A DNA stretch of 64,000 nucleotides from Ranitomeya imitator (GCF_032444005.1 NC_091282.1:83638001-83702000); one strand, 5' to 3'; positions 23,230 to 37,074 are shown, numbered from the stretch's first letter. Made by a program: numbers and translations. The notes: generated by a model from the sequence alone, not told the origin.

Positions 23230-23587
23230 ATGGAAGTAGTACATCAGAAGTCTGGTGCGAAACAGGCAGAAGAATGCAACAATGTAGTGATGTTCTACCG
23301 GGCACCTCGTCCCACGGAAACACTTAGTGAAACAAAGAGGAGAGCAGGGAAAGACAGGGAAATGCACTGTCTATACTGTGAAGACAATGATGGAAAATAT
23401 CTGGATGTGCGGTGTTCTAAAGAGAATAAATCCATTTTGTTAAAAGTTGCTTTGGATTGTGCCTCCAGTCCTTTGAAACCAGGGATGGCTGTGACACAAA
23501 GCAGTGAAGTGGAAGCTGACAGCACCTTGAGTACCAGAACTGTTGGTTCAAAGAAGGCACCCTGTTGGGTTGCAGAGAAAGGCTTGG
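23230..23587 (+). CDS. Candidate first coding exon (119 codons) of an unidentified plus-strand gene
   Basis: Acceptor ..ttctgtgactttaaag| at 23108 (alternatives 23115, 23223), in-frame stops upstream of an ATG in strong Kozak context (ACT ATG G), purine-rich open frame, donor TGG|gtaagc (phase 1). Confidence 0.55.
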
Positions 23588-24728
23588 GTAAGCAGTACCC
23601 CAAATGCTCGGCTATGACTTCTAGCCGGTCCGTTTATTACATATGTTCAAATATACAATGAAAAGTCGTTGCTTATATAATATTACATTATTCCCTGTTC
23701 TATGACGTTCCAGCTTGCCATATCACTGCAAGTTTTTCTATTTGAGAATTGTACCACCAAAATGAGGAGCTGTTAGAAGGATATTCAGCCCAATAAATAA
23801 TGCCATGAGTGAAAAGCCTCCCCCATTTAATATTTAATACATCCACATATTGCTTAAACTATTTAATTGGGGGCATTTTTGAAAAATGCATTATTGAAAT
23901 TTTGCTCACAAGTTCAGCTGGATGGTGCATTCCACTACCAGATCTGCTGTGCTCTCTCTCTTTTTCCCACTCACCACCATATTTTGGTCATTCTTCTCTT
24001 CGAGACTTGTCTCTCCTGTGCAGGTGCCGCCATTGTCCAGGTTCACTTCATTAAATGGGACTATAGGAGTGTATTAGGCCCCTAATGATGTTGCGAAAAC
24101 AATGGACTAGCTCCCGCAACTTTATGAGGAGCTCACTGCACAAGTGCCACCCCTACTGATGAGACAAGCCCAAGTAATGACGTACCTGTGCGGAATCTTG
24201 GGCAAGGGGAGACAAGAGTGAAGAGTGAACTGTCAATCAAAAACTGGAGTCTGGCATTGGGTGGCTAAAAGGGTGAGAGCACAGCAGAGCTGGAAGAGCA
24301 GTACCTGCCCTGCTGCTCTTGCGAGTAAAACTTTAAAGATGGATTTCTCAAAAATGCCCCAGCGAAATACTACAACAAAAGTATGAATGTAAAAAACATT
24401 AAATAAATTTTACCCTCATGCCTTTAGTTAGGGGTTGAATATCCTGCTGTCAAGTCTTCATTAATTCACTCATTGGGGTCCAAACTGTAGTGTAGGAAAG
24501 CAGCCCCAGTGCATGAAACTGTACTGTTCTGGCCCTGTACACTATATAAATCTGGCCACATAGGGAGGGAACAGCTAATCAGAAGGAGCATTGCATGTTG
24601 GATCACTGAAAATTGGATATTGGTGACCTATCCTTTCGATAGGCTATTGATATCTAAGTACTGGACAACCCATTTAATGCCTGCATTATTTGTGTGTGCA
24701 TTACTTCTTCCTGCTAAATTAACTTCAG

Positions 24729-24783
24729 GCTTTGGATCAACAAACTGGATCAAACATTGTTCTGGTGGTTTTAGAACTTCACT
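24729..24783 (+). CDS. Candidate exon 2 (55 nt, phase 1->2): (G)FGSTNWIKHCSGGFRTS(L)
   Basis: ttacttcttcctgctaaattaacttcag| acceptor and ACT|gtatgt donor. Frame-compatible with both flanking candidate exons. Confidence 0.5.
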
Positions 24784-25975
24784 GTATGTGAGGTCAGCTT
24801 TACAGAACAACGACTCCATGACTTCACTATGAATGGTGCCTTTGGACATTTGCGATGGAGGCTCCATGAAGTGATATTCGTTTGGCAAAATGACATATAC
24901 CTTTTATTAACTAATTGTAACTTATTCTGAGTTAAAGGAGTCAAATGGATGCAAGTGATATCCATTGTACAATGTAGTCAACAGTGCATTGTGGCTTCCA
25001 TTATGAAGTGAACCCATGACATAAGGCTAAACTTCGCCTAACAGTCAAGTATGGTTCCCTTGAAGCAATGCTGCTGGATTCTATGGTACAATTGATGTTT
25101 TTGGATACTGGATTAGGCTGCTATATGTAAGTGTCTGGCTACGTGAATGAAGGGTTGTTTTATCAAGATTGACTGTTTTTTTTAAAGGTAGCTGCTAAGC
25201 TAGCCGGATGTCTCGCCATGTAGGCTCCAAGCAATGAACTGTTATTGCTGGGGGATTTGTTGCCAGCAAATTGGTATTTCGGGTGTATTATGGCATTGCA
25301 AGGTGACCATTCATGTGAGCATATTCATATCAGTAGCAAAAAGTGTTAAATTGATGCCAAACTCCCTGGAGGAATATAGCATGCATTATTGTTTGGAGGA
25401 TTTGGAGGAAGGTCAGGCTAGATCATTGATCAGCCTTTCTGAAATTGACAGATCTAGCCTACAAGCGGAATGCCAGCTGTGGATATCCCGGGCAGCGCAT
25501 TTACTACCATGTTTTTGAAGACTCAAAATTAAAAATATATATATTTTGTTGAGTTTTATGCTTTGTAATTGTGGGCTTCTATGTCTGTCCTGATATATGT
25601 ATATGGGCCTAACCTTAGGACATGCAATCAAGATAAAGATATGGCACCAAACTGCTCCCAGATGACTTCCTCTACTTATCAGTGAGTATCTTATGACAAC
25701 AGCACTTCTTCTGCCTGCTTTGTCCTTCTGTTATCACAATACCAGTCGGTACACTGTCAATACAGAGATTGTAGGATGATAGGCATGCATCCTCTGCTTT
25801 TGTGGGTTGTGGGTTCTCCACTTTTACCTACTTGCTCGAATTAATCAACAGCCAAAAGTAAATTTACTAGTATACTTACTATTTCCAATAAGGAGAGGTT
25901 TGATGTGAATAGAGATCATTTTTATATAGTGATACAAAATATGTTTGCACTACATAAGCAATTGCAGCTAAATTA

Positions 25976-26739
25976 GGCTACTTTCACACTTCCGTTTTTT
26001 TTAATCCGTGACTCACAATGCATCTGTGCGACGTATCGACGGATGCGTCAAAAATAGTGAAAAACGGCTGCAACGCATCCTGTATCTCGACGGATCCGCT
26101 AGACCGTTCCGTCAAAAAACTGGATCCGTTGCATCCGTTTTGTCCATTTTTACCATCCGTTTCATCCGGTTTTTTGATGGATCTGTTTTCCATGCCTAAA
26201 AATGGGAGTCTCCCAAATGTGATTGGCTACTGGAAAATAGGGAAACCAATATACTGACTGGCTGGCTGTCTTCAGGCTGGCAGGAGTCTTGCTGGCACAT
26301 TTGGGGGTGACTCCCCAGGCCAGGTCTATATAGATTTGGGGCCTGTCTGGCCAATTGGCTACAAATTCCTGATTCTGAGCATGCTCAGTGTAAAAAATCA
26401 GATTCCAGTGCTGGATTCCGTCATAAAACGTGTCACGACGGATCCTGCGTCCATAGGCTTCTATTCTAGTCAATGACATATGCCGCAGGATCCTTCGCGA
26501 CACGTTTTCCCGACACAGACAAAAAACCTTACATTGAACGTGTTTTCCAGACGACGGTCTGCCAAAGCACGACGGATCCGTCGCATGACGGATGCGACGT
26601 ATGGCCATCCGTCACGATCCGTCACTAATACAAGTCTATGGGAAAAAAACGGATCCTGCGCGCACATTTGCAGGATCCTTTTTTTTCCCAAAGCGATGCA
26701 TTGCAATGGATCTGAAAAGACGGAAGTGTGAAAGAGGCC
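25976..26739. mobile_element. PIF/Harbinger-like MITE (GGCTACTTTCACAC TIR family)
   Basis: tta|ggctactttcacacttccgt ... acggaagtgtgaaagaggcc|taa, with internal ggatccg palindromic repeats. Confidence 0.75.
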
Positions 26740-26943
26740 TAAATCATATTTTAGCACAACTATTACAAGGGACTTTTAATCATTTGACTTAATGAGGTCA
26801 AAATTGAGAATTGAAACTGAACAGATACAAAACCATGCACATTTGTGTATCCATCAGTTTGCACCTATATAAGTGAATGGGATCCTTTGAAAACGTGGTT
26901 ATAAAAACAGGAAGCATGCAGCTCTGGCAAAAATTAAAAGGCC

Positions 26944-27460
26944 ACTGTAAAATGTTCAGTTTGTCTGATTTTTCTCTTTATAGGTATATTTTTGAGTAAA
27001 AGGTAAATTGTTCATTTATTCTATAAACTACAGACAACATGTCTCCGAATTTCCAAGCAATACATTTTGGGGTTTTTCTAAAAAATAGAAATGTTCAAAA
27101 TTAAAAAAAACCCAGTGCTGTCAGACCTCAAATAATGCAAAGAAAAAAAGTTCATAATTATTTAGAAACAACTTTACTAATGTTTTTACTCAGGAAGAGT
27201 TCAGAAATCAATATTTTGTGGAATAACCATGATTTTTAATCACAGCTTTCATGCGTCTTGGCATGCTTTCCACCAGACTTTCACACTGCTTCTGGTGCAA
27301 AAATGTAAGCAGTTCTTCTTTGTTTGATGGCTTGTGACTATCCATCATCCTCCTGATTACATTCCAGGGGTTTTCAGTGGGGTCCAGGTCTGGGGATTAG
27401 GTTACCCATGACTGGGTTTTGATGTGGTAATCTCTTAATTTTTGACAGAGCTGTATAACT
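26944..27460 (-). mobile_element. Tc1 fragment
   Basis: Tc1-type terminal and C-terminal sequence (..cttggcatgc..ccagacttt..gtccaggtctggggatt, i.e. an SPDLDP-like motif on the minus strand). Confidence 0.5.
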
Positions 27461-27953
27461 TTAAAACAGTCAGTAAACGGACCTGTCACCAAATTCATGC
27501 CGCCTAACTGTGGAGAGTGTGAATTGGAATCCAGCTGCATGATTAGCATATTCTTTTCTGAAAGGTTCCATCATTTCAGATGAAATATACTTAAAATGTC
27601 CGGCTGGGAAACATAAAGTAGGTGGAGACAAGATGTGTACGGCTCCGCCCCAGGCCGCCATTTCCACACACTGCTTTAGGTGATTGACAAGTCTCTCACT
27701 ATGGAAGAGACGTATCAATCATCTACAGCTGCACTGGGAGAAGCCAGTCCGGGTCAGACACAGAACGAGAGATATCGGGCTTCCATTGATATTTATGGGG
27801 TTCGGGTTCAGGTTCAAGTTCGGTAACGCTTCTGGTACCTGAACCGAACTTTGAACTAAACCAGACGAACCGGAACATCCACAGGTACGCTTATCCCTAG
27901 CTGTAACCTTTGTAAGCTTTCTTTCCTGGTGACCTGTTTTTTTCCTGCATTAG

Positions 27954-28037
27954 CATTGTATCTGCATTTCCGTCATTTTCTGCAAATGATAATGAACGCA
28001 TAAGATTTACAATATACGCTGACATATCACAGTCCAA
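27954..28037 (+). CDS. Candidate exon 3 (84 nt, phase 2->2): IVSAFPSFSANDNERIRFTIYADISQS(K)
   Basis: gacctgtttttttcctgcattag| acceptor and CAA|gtgagg donor. Only one of the three frames is open, and it is the one required by exon 2. Confidence 0.55.
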
Positions 28038-29658
28038 GTGAGGTTTTGTCTTTCTTAGAATGATATTTATGTGTGCAGAATTATTGGTCAAGGATTAATA
28101 TACAGAACTGTTATGCAGCTAAATGAAAAGTAGAAATGTTCCCATCTCAATATTTTATGTATTATATTGAGAGCAATAAGGAAACAACCAAAATGTACAA
28201 AAATACATTTCTGACATGAAAAAAAAATCTTAGTAACCAATATTGTCACCCTTCTTTTCAATAACAGCCATAAGCCTTCCATTCATGGAGTCTGTCAGTT
28301 TTTTGTTCTGTTGACTGTTTGGGCAGCACCAACCACAGCCCCCCAGACACTGTTCAGACAGGTGACTGTTCTTCACCATAAATCTCCCATTTAATAAGGA
28401 TCCATAAGTTCTCCAGAGAGTTTAGGCCAGGTCATGAAAGGGCCTTGCCATTATTCTCTCATCAGTAAATCCTTTACTGGCAGCCGAGCAGTGGAGACTT
28501 CGATGCTGCGATGGAGCATTGTCCTGTATAGAAATCATGGTTTTATTAAAAGATGCAGACTTTTTCCTGTCCCACTGCTTGAAGACATTGTCTTCTAAAA
28601 ACTGGTAGTAGGTTTGTGAGTTGATTTTGAGGCCCAGTTTCAACCAAAAAATGTCCAACTAGCTCATCTTTAACCCATTTCCAATGTTGAGAGTAATAAT
28701 ACAACCACATCGGACTCCCTCCCTCTGGCGCTGACCCCACATCTTTCCCGACACATGTCAGGGGTTATGTGGGGGCTCATATTGTATACAGTATAAGTAT
28801 ATAGATAGGTTATGTGTACTGTATGCACGGGACTGTGTGTGGGCTCTTATGGTATATAAGGGGTTGTGTGGTGGCTCATACGTTATATAGGAGGGCTGAG
28901 ATATTACCATATGTAATTCTGCTCAATATTAAGTCATGCAATTAATATGAATATTACATAATTATAAATGTTATGTTAATGTTATTATTGAGCATAATTA
29001 ATTTCAGACTATTGGTTCAGCCCTCCACAACAGTCACGGTCTCACATGTGGCCCCTCGGGAAATTTAAATGCTCAGCCCTGCATTAGACTTTAGAATATG
29101 AAAACATATGTGGGAGGCATATTTACTATGACCATTCATCTTATATCATATATATGCTCTATGGTTTATCAATTCAATACACCACTGTGTGCATACGTAT
29201 GCTCTCATTAAAGCCATGCATTGCACAACAATACCCTAATTTATGGTTATATAATCTTGCTTTTTTATTTTTAATGTTAAGTTAATAACGATGGAAAGGT
29301 CTTCTTAGTTATTAGCTGACGATAACTCCTCCAATCAAGGTCAATGCCCTTTAAATAAAATGACTTTATCCAAATATCAGCTGGAAAAAGATAAATAATA
29401 TAAGCTAACAGTAAAAAGTGAATTAAGTCCAAGCATTAAACTGAGCTGTAATACAAGGTAAAAGCATCTATGAATTGTAAATTACAGTAATGATGCTGTA
29501 AAGGGAGTGATCTATTGTACTACTGTGCCATTTCTTCCGTCCGACTCCTTGTGGGATTACCTGGGCACAATTATATAGGCAATTAGCTTGTAGATCTATT
29601 GCCTTCCATTGTTTGGAGTTTACAACTTAGAAATGCCATACACACTTGCTCTTTATAG

Positions 29659-29706
29659 AAGAGTAATCATGGCCTCAGACATTTGGGAAGAACTAGGACA
29701 GATCTT
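29659..29706 (+). CDS. Tentative exon (48 nt, phase 2->2): RVIMASDIWEELGQI(L)
   Basis: cacacttgctctttatag| acceptor and weaker donor CTT|gtatat; in frame with exon 3. Confidence 0.35.
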
Positions 29707-29740
29707 GTATATGACAACAATGAGTTCACGTATAGACATA

Positions 29741-31373
29741 CAGTGCCTTACGAAAGAATTCAGCTCCCTGGAACTTTTCAACCATTTCCCACATATCATG
29801 CCTCAAACATAAAGTAACCAAAGGTAAATTTTTGGCGAAGAATCAACAACAAGTGGAACACAATTGTGAAGTTGAACGAAATTTATTGCTTATTTAAAAT
29901 TTTTGTTGAAATTCAAAAACTGAAAAGTGGGGCGTGCAATATTATTCGGCCCATTTAACTTAATACTTTGTTGCGCCACCTTTTGCTGCGATTACAGCTG
30001 CAAGTCCCTTGGGGTATGTCTCTATCAGTTTTGTACATCGAGAGACTGAAATTCTTGCCCATTCTTCCTTAGCAAACAGCTCGAGGTCATTGAGGTTTGA
30101 TGGAGATCGTTTGTGAATAGCAGTTTTCAGCTCTTTCCACAGATTCTCGATTGGATTGAGGTCTGGACTTTGACTTGGCCATTCTAACACTTGGATGCGT
30201 TTATTTGTGAACCATTCCATTGTAGATTTTGCTTTATATTTGGGATCATTGTCTTGTTGGAAGACAAATCTCCGTCCCAGTCTCAGGTCTTTTGCAGACT
30301 CCAACAGGTTTTCTTCAAGAATGGTCCTGTATTTGGTTCCATCCATCCTCCCATCAATTTTAACCATCTTCCCTGACCCTGCTGAAGAAAATCTGGCCCA
30401 AACCATGATGCTGCCACCACCATGTTTGACAGTGGGGATGGTGTGTTCAGGTTGATGAGCTGTGTTGCCTTTACGCCAAACATATCGATTGGCATTGTTG
30501 CCAAAAAGTTTGATTTTGGTTTCATCTGACCAGAGCACCTTCTTGCACATGTTTGGTGTTTCCCCCAGGGGGCTTGTTGCAAACTTTAAATGACACTTTT
30601 TATGGATATCTTTGAGAAATGGCTTTCTTCTTGCCACTCTTCCACAAAGGCCAGATTTGTGCAGTGTACGACTGATTGTTGTCCTATGGACAGACTGTCC
30701 CACCTCAGCTGTAGATCTCTGCAGTTCATCCAAAATGATCATGGGCCTCTTCACTGCATCTCTGATCAGTCTTCTCCTTGTTTGAGATGAAAGTTTAGAG
30801 GGACGGCCCGGTCTTGGTGGATTTGCAGTGGTAGGATACTCCTTCCATTTCAATATGATCGCTTGCACAGTGCTCCTTGGGATGTTTAAAGTTTTGGAAA
30901 TCATTTTGTACCCAAATTCAGCTTTAAACTTCTCCACAACAGTATCACGGACCTGCCTGTTGTGTTCCTTGGTCTTCATGATGCTCTCTGTGCTTCAAAC
31001 AGAACCCTGAGACTATCACAGAGTAGGTTCATTTATGCGGAGACTTGATGACACACAGGTGGATTTTATTTATCATCATTAGGCATTTAGGACAACATTG
31101 GATCATTCAGAGATCCACAATGAACTTCTGGAGTGAGTTTGCTGCACTGAAAGTAAAGTGGCCGAATAATATTGCACACCACACTTTTCAGTTTTTGAAT
31201 TTCCACAAAAATTTAAAATAACCAATATATTTTGTTCAACTTCAATTCAATTGTGTGCCACTTGTTGTTGATTCTTCACCAAAAATTAACTTTTGGTATC
31301 TTTATGTTTGAAGCATGATATGTGGGAAAAGGTTGAAAAATTCCAGGGAGCCGAATACTTTTGCAAGGCACTG
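29741..31373 (-). mobile_element. Complete Tc1 element (1633 bp) with long (about 210 bp) imperfect TIRs
   Basis: TA|CAGTGCCTT ... AAGGCACTG|TA; internal transposase ORF. Confidence 0.95.
29960..30979 (-). CDS. Tc1 transposase, 339 aa, DD34E, uninterrupted ORF
   Basis: Paired-like HTH N-terminus, GRPSKL linker, [25 protein letters not shown] count 34 residues between the second D and E. Confidence 0.9.
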   Translation of the reverse strand: MKTKEHNRQVRDTVVEKFKAEFGYKMISKTLNIPRSTVQAIILKWKEYPTTANPPRPGRPSKLSSQTRRRLIRDAVKRPMIILDELQRSTAEVGQSVHRTTISRTLHKSGLCGRVARRKPFLKDIHKKCHLKFATSPLGETPNMCKKVLWSDETKIKLFGNNANRYVWRKGNTAHQPEHTIPTVKHGGGSIMVWARFSSAGSGKMVKIDGRMDGTKYRTILEENLLESAKDLRLGRRFVFQQDNDPKYKAKSTMEWFTNKRIQVLEWPSQSPDLNPIENLWKELKTAIHKRSPSNLNDLELFAKEEWARISVSRCTKLIETYPKGLAAVIAAKGGATKY

Positions 31374-31436
31374 TAGAATGATACAATATTGTTCTCAGCC
31401 TCAGCATGGAAGATATTAAGTTTATTTTCTGATTAG

Positions 31437-31473
31437 GAACATTTATCATCTATCTAAGGAACAGGAGACAAAT
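31437..31473 (+). CDS. Tentative exon (37 nt, phase 2->0): NIYHLSKEQETN
   Basis: tttattttctgattag| acceptor and AAT|gtatgt donor; phase matches the preceding exons. Confidence 0.35.
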
Positions 31474-31932
31474 GTATGTTCACTGGGGGTCTGATTTCGG
31501 GGACTTCCACCAATAATAAAGACAGGAGTTCAAAATTCTCCTTGTCTAAATTGTGGGGACTTTTAGATTCTGTTTTGATTGTTTAGATTGCTGAGGATCC
31601 AAGCAGTTGGACTCCCAAGTTATTATTAACATAGTAAGGCCGAAAAAAGACATTTGTCCATCTTGGAGTATTTGTCCATCTTGGAGTATGTCCATCTTGT
31701 GGGTGGACATACTCTTTCATAATGCTCAAGAATTTCTTAAAAAGCTAAACTCCTTGACTTTAGGAAGGGCTTGTAAATCTCTTTGGCAAATTCTGAAGCT
31801 TCCTGAAACCTCACAGAAAGCAGAATGTTTTCTTGCATAAAACCAGGATGTTTTATCATGAGATTGAGCTCCAGCATCAAAATTCAAAAGGCTAAAAACA
31901 GGATGGGGCGAGGGGGGCAAAAGGCTGTGTAA

Positions 31933-32456
31933 GGCCGGTTTCACATTTGCGGTTGTGTCCACAGCGTTTCTGACGCATACATCCGCATGCGTTGTGTTGT
32001 CATATATTTTACATTGTTGACGCAGGTACATGCGTTTGCATGCATTCACCTGCGTTTGCTTAGGCATGCATCGCTTCGCGGTGTGCGGTGCGGCGTGACT
32101 AACACACCATGTTTCAATTTTTGAGCGGTAAAATATCCGTCAAATAAGCACAGGCATGCGCATGTGGATGAGAACGCATGCACACGCATGTCTTTGCGTA
32201 CGCATGCATTCCTTACGCTTGCATGCTTCGGATGGCGCATGTCCAGGAACTGATTTACACGTGCCAATTGAGACATACCCTCTTTAAAATATCGAACGCA
32301 TGCTCATAAAAAGCACAAATGCATGCAAAAATGCAGCGTTATTTTGCCATCATGCGTAAGCTGATACGGAAAAAAATGCTGCGTTAGCACGCATTTGCAT
32401 GCGTTTGTGGTTGCGGACGATATGCTGAGGACTCAACCGCAAATGTGAACCTAGCC
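31933..32456. mobile_element. PIF/Harbinger-like MITE
   Basis: TAA|ggccggtttcacatttgcggttg ... caaccgcaaatgtgaacctagcc|TAA, with internal atgcgt/acgcat repeats. Confidence 0.8.
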
Positions 32457-33629
32457 TAAGACGGCGGGGCCAGGGCTTCTGTCATGGCCAGCAGTAATCT
32501 CCGTATCACTCCCTCTTGGCACAAGATCATGCTTACTTCTTTAAGTACCTCGGTACTGCTTCTCTGCGTCATCTGAGATCTCACGGTACGAGAGTATATT
32601 TTCTACACACGGTCCCGCAATTAAAGAGTCACAATCCAGCTTCACTTTAACTTCAACTTCTTTACTTATCACAGCATTATCCAGGGCACATTCATTACTT
32701 ACAATTGGCAACGCTTTCCCTTGCCTCTTCTGTCTGCCGCTAAGCCTGTCCCCGGGACAGTACGTTTCCTCCAGTCCCTCAGCGTCCTCAATGCCCAGAA
32801 ATCCTGCTTCTCGTGGGGTTTTCTTTGCTGTTTCACACCGATCCTAAGAATATCGGCCCATGCAAAAATCTGCCACATCTTGGATACCTTGCTCCCATTC
32901 CGCTTGCCTTTCTTTCTGTAGCACTGCAGTCCCACTTATACTGCACCGCTATCGCTGATGTTACTGTCCTTTGTGCTGTACTCTGGCTCCCTGGATTCTA
33001 TCTGCTTGGCCCACTCTTCGTAGAAGAATGTTGTGGGTGACGGTGTTGTCCTGGGCTAGCCAGCACTGTGTCCCAAAAGGGGACCCCGGCCCCAACTGAA
33101 CTAAAACAGGAAGCCCTCCTTATTTTATTCCCACTGTACCAATCTTATGCTAACTATTTTCTATGATGCCCCCATCTAGTGGCCAACAAGGGATGCTACT
33201 CCCCTAACACTATATTGGCCTGGCTTACTTTCCCTAACAACAGTGTGCAAATGCATGTGAACAATATAAATATATATAGTCAGAGCAATACACATAAGGT
33301 GTAGCAATACTTTTATACACAGTGGTAATACACTTTATGTGTAGCAGTACCACCGTGTATGAACACATTAATGAAGTACAAAATATACCAACAGGGGTTG
33401 GGGACAAAAAGGAACAATGTAAATACCACATCCCCTACAGCTGCATGGTACATGGTTCTGAAAAAGTGTCACCTTTTCACGCTCACAAACTTCCCAGACA
33501 AAAAGGTTAGCAAGTATGTCGATTTGGCTCATAGCAATGAGTGTACAGTAGAGATGAATGAATATATCTATATGAGAGCTGACGCACTGCAGCAATGCCC
33601 ACTATTGGTGCAAGCACCAATCGTGGGCG

Positions 33630-36600
33630 TTTAACCTCTCTGATGCTGCTGTGAATAGTGACAGCAACATCAATGGACATCGCAGAGGGAAGAAATTCTG
33701 TAGATGCTTTCATTAGCACAGTGCGATTGTGATCGTGTTGTAACAATGGTCTACATGGTGACCCTGGGCCAAAAGATGACCATGATGTCACCCAGGGAGG
33801 GTGGCCAGTATGCGCCTACTCAGAGCAGGAGCTGAAATGCCTCCTCCCTGCCTGTGCTGCACCGTTCTAATGCCATGCAATGCAAAAACATTGCAGAGTA
33901 TTAGATCAGCGATCAAGGCAGGGAAAGGTGATTTCCCATCCTGGGACAATGTAAAAAACTAAAAAAAATTATATATTAAAAATTGTTAAAATATTTATAA
34001 AAAATCACAAAATAAAGACCAAAAAAAAGAAAAAATATTAATCCAATAAATACATTTATTTATATTAAAACAAAAATACTAAAAAAAGTACACATATTTG
34101 GTATTGCCACATCCGGAATGACTCGACCTATAAAACATTTCCATTTGTTAACTACTTCAGTGAACACCATAAAAACATTTTAAAATCCGAGGCAAAAAAC
34201 TAAGCTTTTATTATCAAAAAGTAAAGCAAAATGAGATGAAAAAGATGAATTTAAATAAAAATGGTATCTCTGAAAACCCCAAGTTGTGTGCAAAAATCAA
34301 GTTGCCATACAACTCAATAAGCGGAAAAAAAATATTTTCTTCTATTAAAAGAGTTTTTATTGTATGAAAGGGCCAAAACATAAAAAAATATATAAATAAG
34401 GTATCGCTGTAATCGTACTGAGCCAAAAGATAAACTGCCTTATCAATTTTAACACATAAATGTCATAAAAAAAACAATTTCTTAATTACTAGTTTTTGTT
34501 CATTTTTGCTCCAAAAAATCAGAATAGAACACAATCAAAAAATGTCATGTTCGAAAATAGTACTAATAAAAATGTCAACTTATCCATCAAAACAACAAGT
34601 CCTCACATGACTCTGTCAGCCAAAATATGGAAAAATTATAGCTATCAAACTTGTTTTTGCAATAAAAAGTACCTTTTAGTGCACAAAAGCATCGTTTAAG
34701 CATCCAAACATAAAAAAACTATGTAAATCTGGTATAGCTGTAATTGCACTGAATAAAGTCATCTAGTCACTTATACCGCACGAGGAACAGTGTAAAAAAT
34801 AAATAGAACCAATTCTTCATAGGCTGTTGATTTGTTCATTCTGCCTCCCAAAGATCAAAGTAGGCCTCGGCGCACAATTAAGCTGCACTCTATGCTGAGC
34901 ACTTACAGAGGGGTTTCCGTGTAAATCTATGAAATATGTGATACATACGGAATCCAGGTGGAAGATTCCCTATAATGAGGCAGATGGAGGCACTGTGGAT
35001 GCCGTCTGACCTGTGATTCAGCAGTGTCCACCTTTTTAGGGATGTATAAAAGGTTAGTTTACTGCACTTCTGAAAAGATAGACAATGCTGAACAGAGGCC
35101 AGATGGAGTCTAGAGTAACTTTGCTGCCTCGTTATTTTGAGTGACACCCTCATGGGTTTCATTTGAATCATGTCACTCAGAGATTTGGATGGAAACCCCG
35201 ATATAAATGCTCAGTGTAGAGAGCCCAATAAATGTGATCCCAAGTGTTATGTAAAATGTTCCCCACAAAAGCTTCAACTCAATCGTAAAAAAGCTGGTCC
35301 CACTCATCTGTTAAAGGAAATATATGGGCTTCCACGTTACTGGTAGTAAAAGGGTTCTGAAAAAGCAAATTTGCCCCCGCCAAAAGTGTGAAAATGTAAA
35401 ATATAAAATCTGGGGCTTAAACAAAATTTTGGTGGTAAAAATGTAATTATTTTTGTTCACTGCCCAATGGTATAAAATTCTGTGACACACCTCTCGAGTC
35501 AATGTGATCACTGCAACCCGAGATGAACTCATTGAGAGGTTAAGTTTGTAAAATGGGGTCATTTATGGGGGTTTTGCTGTTCTGGCACCTCAGGAGCACT
35601 ACCAATGTGATAATGCACCCTCAAACCAGTCCAGCAAAATATGAACTCCAATATGGCACCTTTTCCCTTCTGAGCTTTACATTGTGCCTTAAAAGTGGTT
35701 TTCGACAACATTTGGGGTATCGGTTTACTCAGGAAAAATTACTCAGCTAATTTTGGGGTCCTTTTTCTTATGCTATCCTTGTGAAAATGAAATAAACAGG
35801 GGCTGAAAACTTTTTTGGGGGGGAAAAAGATTTTTTTTTCATTTTCACAGATCAACGTTGTAAAATTCTATGAAGTGCATGTGGGTTGAAGATTCTCACC
35901 ACATGTCTAGATAAATTTTTGAGGCATCTGTTCTCCAAAATGGGGTCACTTGTGGGAGGTTTCTACAGTTTATGCACATCAGTGGCTCTTCAACAGCAAC
36001 ATGACACCCTCAGACCATTCCATCAAAATCTGCATTCCAAAATGTCACTCCTTCCTTTCTGAAGCCTGCCGTCGACCCAAACAGTAGTTTTCCCCCACAT
36101 ATGGGGAATCTACGTACTGAGGAGAAATTGCACAACAAATTTTGGAGTCCATTTTCTCCTGTTACCCTTGTGAAAATGCTAAATTTGAGGCTAAAAGAAC
36201 ATTTTTTGGGGGAAAAATTTGAAATTTTTGTTTTCAATGTTCGTTACAATCTTCTGTGAAGCACATCTAGATAAGTTCCTTAAGTAATCTAGTTTCCAAA
36301 ATGTGTCTCCAAAGATGACATGGCGTCCACTAATGATTCCCTGCCGTACGTCCAAACAGTAGTTTTCCCCACTTTTGGGATATCAACGTGCTCAGGAGAA
36401 ATTGAACAAAAATTTTGGGGTCCATTTTTTACTGCTACCCGTGTAAAAATAAAAAAATTGGGTCTAAATTAAAATTTTGGGGAAAAAACTTTAAATGGTC
36501 ATTTTTTACCTTCCACATTGCTTCAGTTCCTGTGCAGTACCTGAATGATTACAAAACTCCATGAATGTGGTTTTGAGCTACTTTAGGGGAGCAATTTTTA

Positions 36601-37074
36601 GAATGGTGTCACTATTGGGCATTTTCTATCATATAGACCCCTCAAAGTCACTTCAAAATGTGATGTGGTCCCTTAAAAAAATGTTTTTGTAAATTTTGTT
36701 GTAAAAATGAGAAATCGCTTGTCAACTTTAAACCCTTCTAATTTCTTAACAAAAATATATTTATATATTTTTTAAAAAAAGCTGATGTAAAGTAGACATG
36801 TAGGAAATGTTATTTACTAAATATTTTGTGTGACATAACTGATTTAAGGACATATAAGTTAAAAATGTGAAAATTGCAAAAAATATCCTATTTTTTCCAC
36901 AAACAGGCGCAATTCATATCGAAGAAATTTGTACCACTTTCGTGAAGTGCGATCTCAGAATCAGTGGGATCTGTTCAAGCATTCCAAAGTTATTACCACG
37001 TAAAGTGACACTGGCCAGAATTGTAAAATTTGGCCCGGTCAAGGAGGTGAAAACAGGCTCGCGGCGTGTAAGGG
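33630..37074. mobile_element. Long degenerate TTAA-target (Kolobok/T2-like) non-autonomous element
   Basis: Right end ..gtgtaaggg|TTAA. Internal repeated blocks (tttccaaaatggggtcac, aggagaaattg..acaaa..ttttgggg). Left boundary approximate. Confidence 0.5.

Noticed and set aside
24750-24783. HCSGGFRT resembles a rhodanese or phosphatase active-site loop (CxxGxR)
   Set aside because: Only a short motif. The preceding residues (NWIK) do not fit the usual hydrophobic strand and no other family motifs are visible. It needs an HMM or structure search.
31587-31633. Possible exon IAEDPSSWTPKLLLT
   Set aside because: It ends in TA| (phase 2) and no convincing downstream exon continues the frame.
32460-33240. 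Possible LTR or LTR-retrotransposon fragment (ends ..ccctaaca)
   Set aside because: No TSD or second boundary could be established.
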